64,000 nucleotides of DNA, taken from contig NC_045696.1 in the NCBI RefSeq assembly GCF_009834535.1, forward strand, positions 83,640,001-83,704,000, in the 5' to 3' direction. The notes under the pieces are model-generated. The model ran no database searches. It saw only the letters and a list, made by a program, of their open reading frames with translations, and was not told where the DNA came from. Of this stretch, positions 1 to 12,010 are shown in pieces (position 1 is the stretch's first letter; every line of letters begins with the position of its first letter). Both the position numbers and the translations under genes were made by a program. The stretch is from Camelus ferus (lineage: Eukaryota).

Positions 1-250
1 CATCTATTTAAGCTTGTTCTTCCCAATAATTCACATCACTAATCATTTTCTCCATGAACCACTGGAAAGTCACAGGAGTCATAAGATTCCTTAGAATTTT
101 TTAAATTTTGGTAGGGCCCCAGCGGGGTGGTGAATACCATCTTGACCCCTTCTTTCTTAGCCATAAGGATATGAAATATTACTCCATTGTATACATCTGT
201 ACAGTTTGTATACTGCCTGACAGAAGACAGCACACTATCTAAAGGAGTGT
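1..250 (-). mobile_element. Decayed Ty3/Gypsy-type LTR retrotransposon reverse transcriptase fragment (MamGyp-int-like), truncated by window edge
   Basis: Minus-strand translation TPLDSVLSSV...FHILMAKKEGVKMVFTTPLGPYQ, then after a frameshift TPVTFQWFMEKMISDVNYWEEQA*ID(D); collinear with Gypsy RT motifs PRIDD.L / YYQIPM..EDKEKTAF..PLG.YQ / PATFQRLME / YLDD. Confidence 0.65.
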
Positions 251-539
251 CGTTTACACCTTAGTCACTATAGTTTTGCACAAAATGTTTCATTATAAAT
301 CATTACATGATGGAAGTTATTACACATTGTTTTAAGAAGTACGGTATCTCACGCATGAGAGTGACTTTGTTAAATTTGCAAAAAGGCATTGTGCGGACCT
401 TTAACAGCTCTAGGACTGACTGCAGTCACTTTTAAGTCCAACTTTGAATGGCCCTAGCTAATGGTTAGGTAACTAAGAGAAACTGAGTTGATGTTCAGTG
501 GAGTGGATGACTCCACGGAGACAGAGAAGGAAAGGCAGA

Positions 540-1045
540 GAAGGATAAACTATACTTCAGCACTGGAAACAAGAGACTGGAACTCAAGAGAAAAGTAAGG
601 GGTACAAGTCTAGAGAGCTGAATTTGTGAGAGTGAATGAGACTGCCCCAATAGATGATGTCTATATTGGGCAAGAATATGCCTAGGGATAAAAAAAAAAA
701 AAATCAATAACCTAGCCCTGAAGAGTCAGAGGAAAAGGTAGAAACACAAATAGAAAATGGTCAGAGTATTAAGAGGACGAGAAGAAAAAGTATCCTAGAA
801 ACAAAGAGAAATAGGCAACCAATACTATCAAGAGTAAAGATGAATCAAGGAGAGTAAGGATTGAAAAGAGGTGGTCAGCTACAATGAATGTGACGTCCCT
901 GGTGCCTTCAGCAAGACTAGACTCTAGGAAGGAAATGGTGTGGAAATTAGATTGCAGTGAGTGAGCAGGGAATGAAAACCGAGGAACAAGTGGCAATAAA
1001 TGTAGACTAGATTCCTAGGAAATCTGGTTTTGAATAAAGAGAGAT
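540..1045 (-). mobile_element. L2 LINE fragment
   Basis: Purine-rich L2 antisense signature (ggtgtggaaattagattgcagtgagtgagcagggaatgaa...aatgtagactagattcctaggaaatctgg). Confidence 0.6.
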
Positions 1046-1649
1046 TAGTATTTCAAATGCATTTTTTCATGAAAAAAATGCTGCGTTAGAGGTTAATTTC
1101 CTCGGTCAGTCTACCACACTTACTTAGTCCATAATGAAATGCAGAAACTGCAGATTTATGATTGAAACTAGAGGAGAGAAATGCTATGGAACATTTGTAA
1201 TAAAACAAAACCAGATTAATATATCTTAATAATAAATTGTTTTTATATGTCTTGAATGCTGGTAGCTGGGGAAGATAGGTTTATTTAAGGAATCATGACT
1301 TAGCAGATATTTTTTATGTAAGGATTCTGGTATGAACTCCAAGAACATTTTAAGGTCTTAAATTTTTTGTGTGTATCTAGTTTTGCTTCTAAACAAATGA
1401 TTGTGCTTTATTTTGATTCTTCTCTGTCACTGGCATTAGTCCCTGAGTTTCTAGCTCTATTTGGAGTTGTTTAGGTGTTTGTAAATATAAGAGGGGAAGG
1501 TAAGAAAGAAGTGGTAGTGAAAAAGTATACTAAAAAGCCAGTCTCAAGGTTAGAGTGGAGAAAAGAAGTCTCTGATTCAAAGGCATTTTCTAAGTACATT
1601 CATATCCAAGGTGATCAGATCTTGAAATCATAATGTTTGCTTGGATAGA

Positions 1650-2885
1650 TGGAAAAATCTTCAACAAAATATTAACAAATGGAATCCAGTAATATATAAA
1701 AAGATTAATATAGCTTGACAACTGGGGTCTTTCCCAGAAATATACAATATTGACAATTTAAAAAAGAAAAATCATATGATCATCTTAATAGATAAGAAAA
1801 AGCATTTTACAACACTTAAGCCTATTTCCGATTTAAAATTCCTACGAAACTAAGAATCAAACGGAAGTTTTTTAATCTAACATAGTATTCAATGGTAAGA
1901 GATTGAATATTTTTCCCTAAGGTTGAGAACAAGACGAGTATATTCACTTTCACCACTATATTCAACATTGTACTCAAAGTTCTATGCAAAAAAAAAAAAA
2001 AAAAAAGAACTAAATGGCATCTAAATTGGATAACAAGAAGTAAAACTTTTATTATTCACAGGTACTATGATTGTCTATGTAGAAAATCTTAAGTCATTTA
2101 CAAATATGCTGCTAGAACTAATGGATGAATTTGGCAAGGTTGCAGGACACAAAGTCAATAAAGAAATCAGTTATAATCTACATACTATAAAAGAGCAACT
2201 GAAAATTTAAATTAAAAATTTTTCAATAGCATCAAAAACATGACATACTTAGAGGTAAATTTATCAATAATGTGTGAAACACATACACTGAAAATGACAA
2301 AACATTGCTAATAGAAATTAAAGAATTCCTAAGTAAATGGGGAGATACCAATTTTGTTAAGGTGTCAGTTTCTCTTAAATTGATCTGTAGATTCAACACA
2401 ATCTTAAATAAAATTCTAGCAGGCTTTTGTTGTTGAAATTGACAAACTGATTTTATAACTAATATCTAAATACAATGAAAAGAAACTTTCACTGGCTTAA
2501 ACATAGAACTACAGACCAAAGGAACAGATAAAATCCATAAATGGATCCACACACACATGGACAATTGACTTTTGACAAATATTTGAAGGCAACACAAAAG
2601 GTAAAGGATAAAATTTTCAACAAATGGTACTGGAACAACTAGGTAGCCATAAGCAAAAAATGAACTTTGACTGTTATTTCATAACATATACAAAAATTAT
2701 AATGAAATGTATCATAACCTAAACATAAGATCTAAAACTAGCAAACTTTTAAAAGAAAACATAAGAGATAAATTTTATGGCACTGGTTCAGGCAAAGATT
2801 TCCTGATATTCAAGACTTAAAAATCACAAAAGCCAAAATAATTTGATAATTTAAACTTCATCAAGGTTTTTAAACTGTTGCTTTT
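1650..2885 (+). mobile_element. Old L1 (L1M-type) ORF2 fragment, RT and downstream region, many deletions
   Basis: aaaaatcttcaacaaaatatta..., ttcaacattgtact, decayed FADD region near 2050-2090, ttcaacaaatggtactggaacaact, aaacttcatcaa. Confidence 0.85.
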
Positions 2886-2889
2886 TATA

Positions 2890-3325
2890 CTATTTTTATC
2901 CATTTTGAGATACAATTGACATACAGCACTGTATAAGTTTAATGTGTACAGCATAATGACTTTACTTACATACATCATGAATTGATCACCATGATATGTT
3001 TAGCAAATATCCATTATCTCCTATAGATACAAAATAAAAGAGAAGGAAAAAATATTTTCCCTTGTGATGAGAGCTCTTAGGATTTACTGTTAACAACTTC
3101 TGTATATAACATATAGCAGTGTTAATTAAATTAATCACATTGTACACTACATCCCTAGTATTTGTTTATCTTATAATTGAAGTTTGTACCTTATTGACTA
3201 TATTTCCCACACTGTACATTTCATCCCCATAATGCATTTACTTTGTAACTGGAAGTTTGTTCCTCTTAATTTCCCTCACCTATTTTACTCATCCCCCTCC
3301 CTCCCCTCTGGTGACCAACTCTCTT
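2890..3325 (-). mobile_element. L1 3' UTR fragment
   Basis: ttttgagatacaattgacatacagcactgtataagtttaatgtgtacagcataatg...cccctctggtgaccaact, the antisense of an L1 3' terminus. Confidence 0.8.
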
Positions 3326-3515
3326 TTTGCAGAATTAACATGATCGTCTAGAGCTAATAAATTAGTTTTTCAAGGTCATAGGATACAAAATAAACTCACA
3401 AAAAATCAATTACATATCTAACAAATAACATGCAAGAAACAAAATTAAAGACACAATACAATTTGTAACTTCTCCAAGGAAAATGAAATACGTAAGTATA
3501 CACTTAAAACAAAAA
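3326..3515 (+). mobile_element. L1 ORF2 RT fragment
   Basis: tttgcagaattaacatgatcgtcta (FADDMIV-like), caaggtcataggatacaaaataaac, aaaatgaaatacgtaagtata. Confidence 0.7.
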
Positions 3516-3748
3516 CGATACTAATTATGTTATAGAAAAATGAAATTGGGAGTTCATGGACATCTAGGTCTGTGGACTTAAATGCAAATCATTAGCAAAA
3601 AATGCTTATAACTTATTAATGTGCCCAGAGCTTAGATAGTCCTCAGTGAATGTTTATTGAAAGAGCGAATAAAACTCAAAATAATTGCTTTACGCCATCT
3701 CCAAATTCTGAAATCCTGTTGTGGTCTGTTTTCCCTGAATCCTCCAGT

Positions 3749-3767
3749 TTCCCACTAGGTGGCGCCC
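3749..3767 (+). promoter_or_regulatory. Candidate CTCF binding site
   Basis: CCACTAGGTGGCGC (3752-3765) matches the CTCF core consensus with its CpG intact in an AT-rich, CpG-poor context. Confidence 0.55.
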
Positions 3768-3831
3768 ATTATCTGGAGTTCTTTACTCCCTGGACTGCTG
3801 CAGGAGTTTTCTCCTGTGACCTATGGTTTCT

Positions 3832-4108
3832 TTCCTTCTTTCTTTCTTTCTTTTTTTTTTTTTTAACTGAAGTATAGTTCGTTTACAATGTTGTGTCAAT
3901 TTATGGTGTATAGCACAATGTTTCAGTCATATATGAACATACATATATTTGTTTTCATATTTTTTTCACTGTAAACTACTACAAGATACCAAATCCAGTT
4001 CCCTGTGCTGTACAGTATAAACTTGTTTATCTATTTTATAAATACCAGTCAAAAGAGAAAGAAAAATACCATATGATATCACTCATATGTGGAATCTAAA
4101 AAAAAAGG
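3832..4108 (-). mobile_element. Short 5'-inverted (twin-primed) L1 insertion with target-site duplication
   Basis: T-rich tail 3832-3864, antisense L1 3' end to ~4040, then sense piece (agaaagaaaaataccatatgatatcactcatatgtggaatctaaaa); flanked by cctatggtttct at 3820-3831 and 4109-4120. Confidence 0.8.
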
Positions 4109-4879
4109 CCTATGGTTTCTGGTTTGTAATTGGCAGAGGTCTTTTTTGACTACTTCACTTAGACTCTCTATACATTTTTTTGTATGAAAAACTGCTGGAG
4201 TTTTTCCCTCTAATCTTTCCTGGGCTGGCTCTGCCACTGCTGACGCAAAAGACAAGAACTGAGCTTCAGCTCATTTAAATGGCGAAACAGCTGCGGTAAA
4301 CACATTTCACTTTCTCAAAAGTGTTCTTTGGACATAGATTTTGTCGTGTTTTCCTCCCTTCTGCATAGATTTCTCAGGCCTGTCTCACTTTTATGTGCCT
4401 CATCCCTATTTCTCCATCAGAAGTTAATATTCTAACTTACGTTTTTAAAAATTTTCTATTTAGAATTGCTTGAATTTTAGACAAGAACATAAGAAAATAG
4501 CTATGAGAAATTCCAAAGAAGCTAGACAAACTTAATTGGAAAACCAGCTTCTCAAAATGTAGTTTAAAATTTTTGAATATTATCATAGTTTTACCCTGAA
4601 AAAAAACAAAACTCAGAAAAAAAAAAAATCTCAGTTACTTATCCAGTGAGGGACTAGAAAGATCAATGAAAAATCTTGGAAAGGGTAGAGTGAAAAAAAA
4701 TTAAGCTTAAATATGTTTAATTCTTCCTGCCTGGACCCAGGTAGGACACACAGGTGACATCAATCAATCGTCATTGGGCTTTGTGGCATCTCATAGTTTT
4801 GAGGGCTCTTGTCCTCACTCTAACCGACACACTGTGCTGAAGCATCATCTCAGGCAGTTTTTGCCACCCACCGATTATA

Positions 4880-5770
4880 ACACCAGAAGGCCATTCCCTG
4901 CTGACCCCCGGCCATCTCTCCAGCCCAGAACTTACTCCCCAGGTACGGACAACCCACTGGGCATCTCCAACTGGATGTCTCCCGTGGAACTTTAAAACTC
5001 AGCAGGTGCAAAGCTTGACTCACCACCACCATCGCCCCCAGGAGTCCCGTCTGGACAGTGACATCATCATCCACTCAAGACAGAAACGGGGATTCCCCTC
5101 AAATCTTCCTTTTTCTCACCTCACACCTAATCAGTCACCCAGTCCTGTCACATGTACCTACCCTACAGCTCTTCTTTCCACCCTTTCCACCCTGTTCCTA
5201 ATCTCTCTCTCGGCTTCACATTCATCAACTCTCTCTGGGAGTAATGCAGCAAGCTCTTAAATTTCTCTGCCTCATCACCCTTCAATTCTTTATCCGCTGT
5301 CCCCAGATTGGTCTTTCCAAAACAAAGTGTGATGAAAGCTCAAACTCTGCTGGAAGGCCCTGGGTCAGCCCTTGCCTCCTATAATATCATCTCCCCCTGC
5401 TCCTGACCTGAACCCTGCATTCCAGCCTTCAGAACCGCTTACAGTCACAAAGGGGCCCTGCACTTTCATGTCCTGTGCTTCTATTCATGTTCGTTGTCCT
5501 TTCCCTGGAATGTCTGGTCTCCCGCTCTCCCATGTGCATCCAGAAGACTCCTGGTCATTCTTCAAGACCCAGATCATCCCCTGAATTTATCATTTCTCCC
5601 TCTGTCCTATCCTGGCATCTGGTATATAAATCTACTTCAGTGTCAGTATATTATAATGCCAATACTGTGAACCCCCTGATAGCAGGGACAGCTCCTTATT
5701 TTTGTGTTCTTCAGTGACAAGCACTGTGCCTGGTTCTCCTCAGTACTCAGGATATCTCAAAGAAAGAAAG
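4880..5770 (+). mobile_element. L2 LINE fragments including 3' end
   Basis: catctccaactggatgtctcc...aaactcagca, cttcaagacccag, agcactgtgcctgg...tactca. Confidence 0.7.
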
Positions 5771-5794
5771 ACTAAGGAGGCAGGATATTAATTA

Positions 5795-6020
5795 TCAAAA
5801 TTTACCGACTGCTTAACGAGGCAAACACTGTGCTAAAACTTTATAAATATTATCTCATTTAATTCAACAACCCAATGAGGTTAAAGTTCTATAATTATTC
5901 TCTTTTGCAGATAATAAGTTTCAGGAAGTTAAGAAATATATGCAAAAATCAGTATATGCAAATGAAGAAATCAGATTCTTTGCTTCATTTCCTGACCAGA
6001 GCTCAATCTCTTAACCTCTG
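5795..6020 (-). mobile_element. MIR SINE
   Basis: aggcaaacactgtgctaaaacttta...tatctcatttaattcaacaacccaatgagg...ttttgcagat. Confidence 0.7.
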
Positions 6021-6429
6021 CTTCCCCAGAGACTGAACACAAGGAAATACTATTTCGACTTTCAAAAAAATTTTTTTAAAAGCAAGATCATGGATTCTGC
6101 AAGCTAGCCACTTGCGAGTTTGATACAGATTCCAGGAAAAAAGCAACAGTGACTCTGAAGCATGGCTTGTGAACACCTTGTGAGGGGAGTCTCACCTATG
6201 CCCTTGGGCACTACCAGGAAGCCAGGTGGTTTCTTAAGAACAAGGAATCCCATACCAACTTCCTTCCTTTCTAGGAGATAGGCTTACCTAACAGGAAAAC
6301 CAGGGACTAGAGTAGGTGTGCAGGGGGTGGGGCTCCCCAGCATCCTCCCCAGCCCTGCCCCATCGCGTAGCAGCCATGCCATTCTGGGTGTTGACCCAAG
6401 CTTCAGGAGTCAGTACTATTAGGTCTAAA

Positions 6430-6610
6430 CCAGTGTTTCTCTGAGCACTGGTGTGTAGGACCACCATGTTCAGTGCATAATAAAAATTAATTTCCCATTT
6501 CCATGCCTAGGGCTTCTGAATCAATAGGTTTGGTGCCCAGGAATCTGCTTCCCCCATACCGGCCCCCATGGAATCTGATACAGGTTGGCCAAAGCCAATT
6601 TCAGAAACGC
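6430..6610. mobile_element. MER5-like hAT-Charlie MITE
   Basis: ccagtgtttctc...ttctgaatcaataggtttggtgcccaggaatctgc. Confidence 0.5.
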
Positions 6611-6709
6611 GTACGAACCTACCATGAGTGCCCATCCCTGTGCCAACGGGTTAAGCCAAGCAGAATCAGGTTTTATCCTAATGATGGTCACTGGTCTAGG
6701 TGTAGGCTC

Positions 6710-6821
6710 TAGATGACCAACTGTCCTTGCTTGCCCAGGACTTTCCTGGTTTTAGCTCTGAAAGTCCTATATCCCGGGACACCCCTCACTTTCAAGCCCA
6801 TTAGGACTGCTGGTCACTCTA
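6710..6821. mobile_element. MER81-like hAT-Blackjack MITE
   Basis: ~112 bp with terminal inverted repeats tagatgaccaactgtcc...ggactgctggtcactcta and the internal aggactttcctggttttagc.ctgaaagtcc motif. Confidence 0.75.
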
Positions 6822-6879
6822 AAGGTGACCTAGGAGTTTGTCCTAGTCAAACTAAAAGAACAGTCTTCTATTCACACTT

Positions 6880-7146
6880 TCTCCCCTTCCCACCCTGGTC
6901 TGGACACAAACAAGGAAGCACGCTATCCGCGCTGCCGCTGGCGGCCAGCTTACAACCACAAGGGAAACTGGCCTGAGGACAACACCCAGGAGAAGGTAGA
7001 GCAAACTCCAAACAGCAGAACAGTCACCGCCCTGGCTGTGCTGTGCCTGGAGCCCTCCCTCCCTCTGTGCACTAATAAATGTCTTTATTGTTTATTCCAG
7101 GTTGATTCAGTTTCATTCCTGCAGCAAAAACATCCTAACCAATGCA
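6880..7146 (+). mobile_element. Old ERVL/MaLR-class LTR 3' part (LTR16/LTR33-like)
   Basis: cagcttacaaccacaagggaaactggcctgagga, aataaatgtctttattg, terminus tgcagcaaaaacatcctaaccaatgca. Confidence 0.55.
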
Positions 7147-7329
7147 GTTTGGCAAATCATGATGTTAGGAAGAAATACGACCAAGTCCCTTTTAGACAAA
7201 ATGAAGATGTGGACTGAAAAACAGAACACAGGGTAAATGTGCCACTTCCGAATGTGCAGAAGGAATTCCTCTGGGTTCTGTCTCACTGAAAGTGATGGGG
7301 GAAATGTGTGAAAATCTGAATCGATAGGA

Positions 7330-7580
7330 AAAATATTCTCGGAAAGTTGGCACAATGGCCTAAATCTAACAAGATGAAATTGAATAGCCATAAATGTAAA
7401 GCCCTACTTTTAGACCCAAAACAGTAATTAATTTCACAAGTGCAACATGGCGGAAACCCGGCTTAGGAACAGCACGTGTGAAAGATTTAGGGATTTTGGT
7501 TGATTGTAAGCTCAAAGGGGTGATGTGGTTGCCAAAAACGCTAATGCGATTGTAGGCGGCCTTACTAGGAGTGTAACAAA
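7330..7580 (+). mobile_element. L3/CR1 LINE RT C-terminal fragment
   Basis: tctaacaagatgaaattgaatagccataaatgtaaagccct...gaaagatttagggattttggttgattgtaagctcaa...gtgatgtggttgccaaaaacgctaatgcgat. Confidence 0.8.
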
Positions 7581-9329
7581 GACTTCCCCCAGGCTGCACC
7601 AGCCACAGGAACCTTTTACAGAACAGGAGTTTTCTGCGCCTACAACCACCCATGTTCTCCGGTTCAGTGCTGGGAATTCCAGGCGCCCGCCCGCACCAGG
7701 CCTTGCTGGACATCTTTTAGAGTCTTACTGCAAACTTGTCCCTCTACTTTCTTTTATTTCAAGCCTGGATGAAGCTGGCTGTCTGCTTTTCACCTTCAAA
7801 TGTTTAAGCTATTAACCACTAATGAAAATCAGGTGAGTGGTAGGGCCACAAACCCACATCACTGCCCAGCCAGGCCCTCCGCACTCTCCAGCTGTCTTTC
7901 ATCAGCCCGAGGCAGAGCTGTGTCCTCTCCCCCGTTAACTTTCACTCCTCCTCTCAAGTCCCACAACTCACGTCTCCCTCGGGACGACCCAGCATTTCTC
8001 TTCACGAAGATGTAACCCGCACTAGCATAGCCCTTGCCTTCGTGTGCTCCCTTTGTCTGCTCCTTCGTCTGCTCCCTCAGGACCGCAGCCCTGTGATTTT
8101 CTGGACATCTCCATGGAGTGCCCACCCCAAACTGAGAGATACGGAGCCCCGCCGCAGCCAATAAACATCTCAAACTCGGTGTCTTCTGAGCACCTCCCTG
8201 TGTTCCACGAATCCCTTTGGTCCCAAGGCCTCTGTCATTGTGGTGCCAGGAACCAAAGTGCAGGGTCATCCAAGTGCCGAGTGAGACTGTTCCAGCTCAC
8301 AGGGTCACCTGGTGCCAGCCGGTGCCTCCGTGTCTCGAAAAAACAGGTCCTTCTGCTTAGGGCTGAAATACGGAGGAGCTGGCAGTCAATGTCTTTTCCC
8401 TTTTCCCCATTCCCACCTTCACTGCCGCCACCCCACGGCCACCCACAGCTTCTCCTCCATCGTTTCACCAAAGAAAAAGCTCCCCTGGAAACTGACTCAT
8501 ATAACTGACTGCTCCGGGGTCTGTTCCCCAGCTTTCCCATCGCGCCTAGGCACTCTCAGCCAAGCCAGGGACACAACCCAGGCCCAAGATGCGCCTCCTG
8601 CCCTGGACAGCTAGAGGCCAGGGCCTGCCTCTGCAGCTCTGAGCCCCTCCCGCCCCAGCGGACGGCTCTCCCCATCTTCACCACTGCCCTGTGTCTGACA
8701 CCTCTCACCTCTTCAGAGCTTGTTTCTCTCCAGAATCTTCCTCTTCTCTCTTTGGGCTTTTTCTTTTTTTATATCTAGACATCCTCATGTTTTTCCAACC
8801 CCTCCAGAAATAATAAAACAAGAAATTAAAAAAAAAAAAAAACCTCTTGACCCAGAGGCATCAACTAATAAAAATGTGCCCCGGAGTCGAATTTAGTGTG
8901 AATGTGTCTCCATAAATGAGCTCACATCTTTCTTTCTGCTTCAAGTACTGCAAGTGGGGTGGGCTGAGCAAGGACAGTCTTTGGGGAGGTGGGGTGGGAG
9001 GACGGTGACATGAACAGAGAGAGAGGCCCAGGGTGTACTTCCTCCCTCTCCTGCTTCTGCAGTGTCGGAGCTGGGTTACAAAAGAGGAGAAGGTGGGCTC
9101 AGTGTCCTGAGGCCGCGAGCTCCAGGACCGCAGCCTGGTGGGCTCCATGCCAGCCGAGGTCGGCCAGCCCCTTCTGTCTGTCCCTGTGGTGGCTCAGCAC
9201 TGACACACCTTTGTCCCCTTTAGTTCCAACTCCTGGGCTTCCGCAGAAGGCCATCCTCACCCCAGCAAAACCCCTGATTCTCAGCCTCTCTGCCGTCTGC
9301 TAGTTCTGTCCAGTGTCACCATGTCGTCG

Positions 9330-10605
9330 CCCTCACTAGCTCTTGTCTATCTTCCCAATGCCCCCATCCCTTCTCTCTGCAATTTCATGTTCCACAGCCT
9401 GCCCTGATCTATGGAAGCCTCTCACTGAGGTCCCCAGTGGCCACCTTATGGCTAAATTCAATTAACATTCTCCAGGCCCTTTATGACTTGAATTCTCTAC
9501 AATATTCAATGCTGGCTTTATTTATTTTTTCTTGAAACCTCTCTTCCTTGGCTCCCATGAAATCACTTGCTTTAGTCCCTCTTTCTACCCCTCAGGCTGT
9601 TTAATCTCAGTCTCCTTAGTTGCCATCTCTTATTTCCTTAAGTATTAGTGTTTCCCAGGATTCTGGTCTTTTCCCTCCACCCCACCGCTTCCCCCGCAAC
9701 CTGCATCCCCAATTGGCTGCATCCACCCCTGTGGTCTCAACTATCGCCTACAGAGCATCAAAGCTACATCTTTTATTGATCTCTCTTCTGAGTTCCTAAT
9801 CCATTCCCTCCTAAATATAAATTGGATTTCCAGTAAGAGATTTCAAATTCTACATGCTCAAAATTGAATCTCAATTCATGCTCCCTCCACCGCAGCCCAA
9901 GGGCTTCTCCTCCCATGACCTGTACCTGTGTCACTGATACTGTGTTCACAGCCCTGGGCGCCCTCTGGACGCCTCCCTCTGTGCCACCCACCCACGTGGC
10001 TTCTGTGGGCTCAGACTTACCATCTTCTCCCGGGCGCGGCTTCCGCTGACTGAGCTTAGGCCTTTATCACCGTCCAGACAACAGCAGCACCTTCCTAAAC
10101 AGTCTCGGTACCTCTGTTCATGCCTCCCCCGCACCTGGCTATTCCCCACTCTCACCAGGGGACTTCTTTGTCTAATGATAAGCTCATCTCATTTCCTTGC
10201 TTCAAGTTCTTTAGCTGTGGCTTCTCAGACTTCAAGACAGGGGCCAAGTCCCTCATCATGAACCCTAAGGCCATTCTCACCTGCTCTTGCTTCCAGCCTG
10301 TTTATCAGCACTCAGTCCTCCTGCTATAGAACAGGGAGCTACAGTGCTCAGGACCACGAGAGTATCATAGTGCCGTGGAAGAATGAATATATCAATGGAT
10401 AGGGGAGGGCAAAGCCTTCTTTCCTTTAAAAAAGACCATCAGCTTAAGCCCAAACACCGCTGTTGACCGCATACCTGTATGTTTCTCCCAACATTAGACT
10501 GTATGCTCCCTAAAGGCAGTCGCGGATTTTTTTTTCATATTTTTATCTCTAATCTCTATCTTTAGCATGGTGCCTGACCTATTGTATTGTTTGATAAATG
10601 GATGG
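9330..10605 (+). mobile_element. L2 LINE fragments
   Basis: ctcactgaggtccccagtggcc, cttgaaacctctcttccttggctcccatga, and L2 3' end attagactgtatgctccctaaaggcag...tagcatggtgcctgac...tgtttgataaatggatgga. Confidence 0.7.
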
Positions 10606-10607
10606 AA

Positions 10608-10780
10608 GCAAAAAGAAAAAAAAAGAAGAGAGAAAAGGAAAAAATGAGAGAGAGGAAAGGAAAAGGTACAGTGCAAGGAAAGAAAGAAGAGAGTAAAGAG
10701 AGACTGAAAGAAGGAAAGAAAGAAAAGGGAGGGAAGGAGGGAGAGAGGAAAGAGAAGGAAGGAAGGAAGGATGGACAGAA
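10608..10780. repeat. GA-rich polypurine low-complexity tract
   Basis: ~170 bp almost entirely A/G (gaaa/gaag/ggaa units). Confidence 0.9.
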
Positions 10781-11699
10781 GGACAGGCTGTCCTTAATGG
10801 CACTGTTTCACAATTGCTTTCAAATCACATTCTGCTCTTGGCCTATCTCTGTCTTACAAACACACAAAACCCCTAAAGCTTACCATATAATTTTTTAAGT
10901 CAAGCAACCTAATAAAACAATTTTTATTTGAGAGGCAGAAAGAATATTTGCCCTTAAGCATCTAAGAATCCTGTTGGAAAGCAAGCATCTAGGCATCTGC
11001 AGACGGCTGGGGATTTTTTTTGAAGAAAAGGAGAAAAGGAATTGAGCAGAATTATTAGCTTTGTGTCTCATTAATATTTAAACCAGGTATGTCTTGAGCA
11101 AACAGGAGAGAGAATATTAAAGTCGCCATGTCTTCTAGTGGAATATTCTAAGTACCTTAGACTCCCAATCTAGGCAGAATCAGAAGACTGGAGTAATGAC
11201 TGCTGCAAGATTCCTTTCTTCCAGGTTCCTTATCTATGACTCACTCCATGTGACTGCCCTCTCCCTTTGTCCCAGGTGCTTCAGCTTCCCTCCAGCTGAT
11301 ATGTGGGGCAGAGGACATGCTGGATAATGGGGAAGGGATCTGAGTCCAGGAAAAGCTCCTATTGTCAAAAGGACTGTCATAAGATGCCATCAGCTCATAT
11401 AACGATCAGAGGGACTTCCCAGGAGGGATTCCATAGACTAAGGTGAAAGTCCTTGGGATCAAGATGATGTGTTCTCTCTCCCACTAGCAGTCGTGTAGTT
11501 TGGGAGCATATGAGCTGATGTTGGGAGGAAAAATATTACATTTTTTCCTTTAAAAGCCTTGGCCAGAATGTGTACTTTCAGGAGGTTTGATTTGTTGCAC
11601 TGCTTAGCTCTTGTTTATGAGGAAGAAACAGGGATGAAAGTTCACAAATGGCTCACTGAACTATAATCGATGTGGTGAAACACAGCTGCAAAGTGCATA

Positions 11700-12010
11700 T
11701 AAGAGGGTGAGTGACTCAAGTCAAGGAGGGGAACGGCTGGCAGGAGCCAGGGTGTCTTCACTGGCACCAGGAGGACTTTGGACTTGACTCTGTAGGCAAT
11801 GAGAAACCATTCATTGTAAGATTTTAAGCTCAAACTAAAACAGATCTAATTTTAGAAAGGGGTCTGTAGCAGCAGGTAGAAGGAAAAGAAAAAAAAAAAA
11901 AAAGGAAGGCTGGGAGATCAGTTAGGAGGTTTGGCAGTAATTCAGAGTAGGTAGAACAGAGTCCAAATTTAGGCAGCAAAAATGAAGAGTAGTGGTGAAC
12001 GGATGCATGA
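11700..12010 (-). mobile_element. L2 LINE fragment
   Basis: aggactttggacttgactctgtaggcaatgagaaaccatt...gattttaagc, gggagatcagttaggagg. Confidence 0.65.

Noticed and set aside
7859..8540. Possible CR1 endonuclease remnant or host exon in the 101-154 aa ORFs
   Set aside because: Only vague resemblance; no diagnostic GDFN or SDH motif and no convincing exon structure
10587..10898. Lys/Glu/Arg-rich 103-aa ORF and hydrophobic antisense ORFs
   Set aside because: Translation of the GA-rich low-complexity tract
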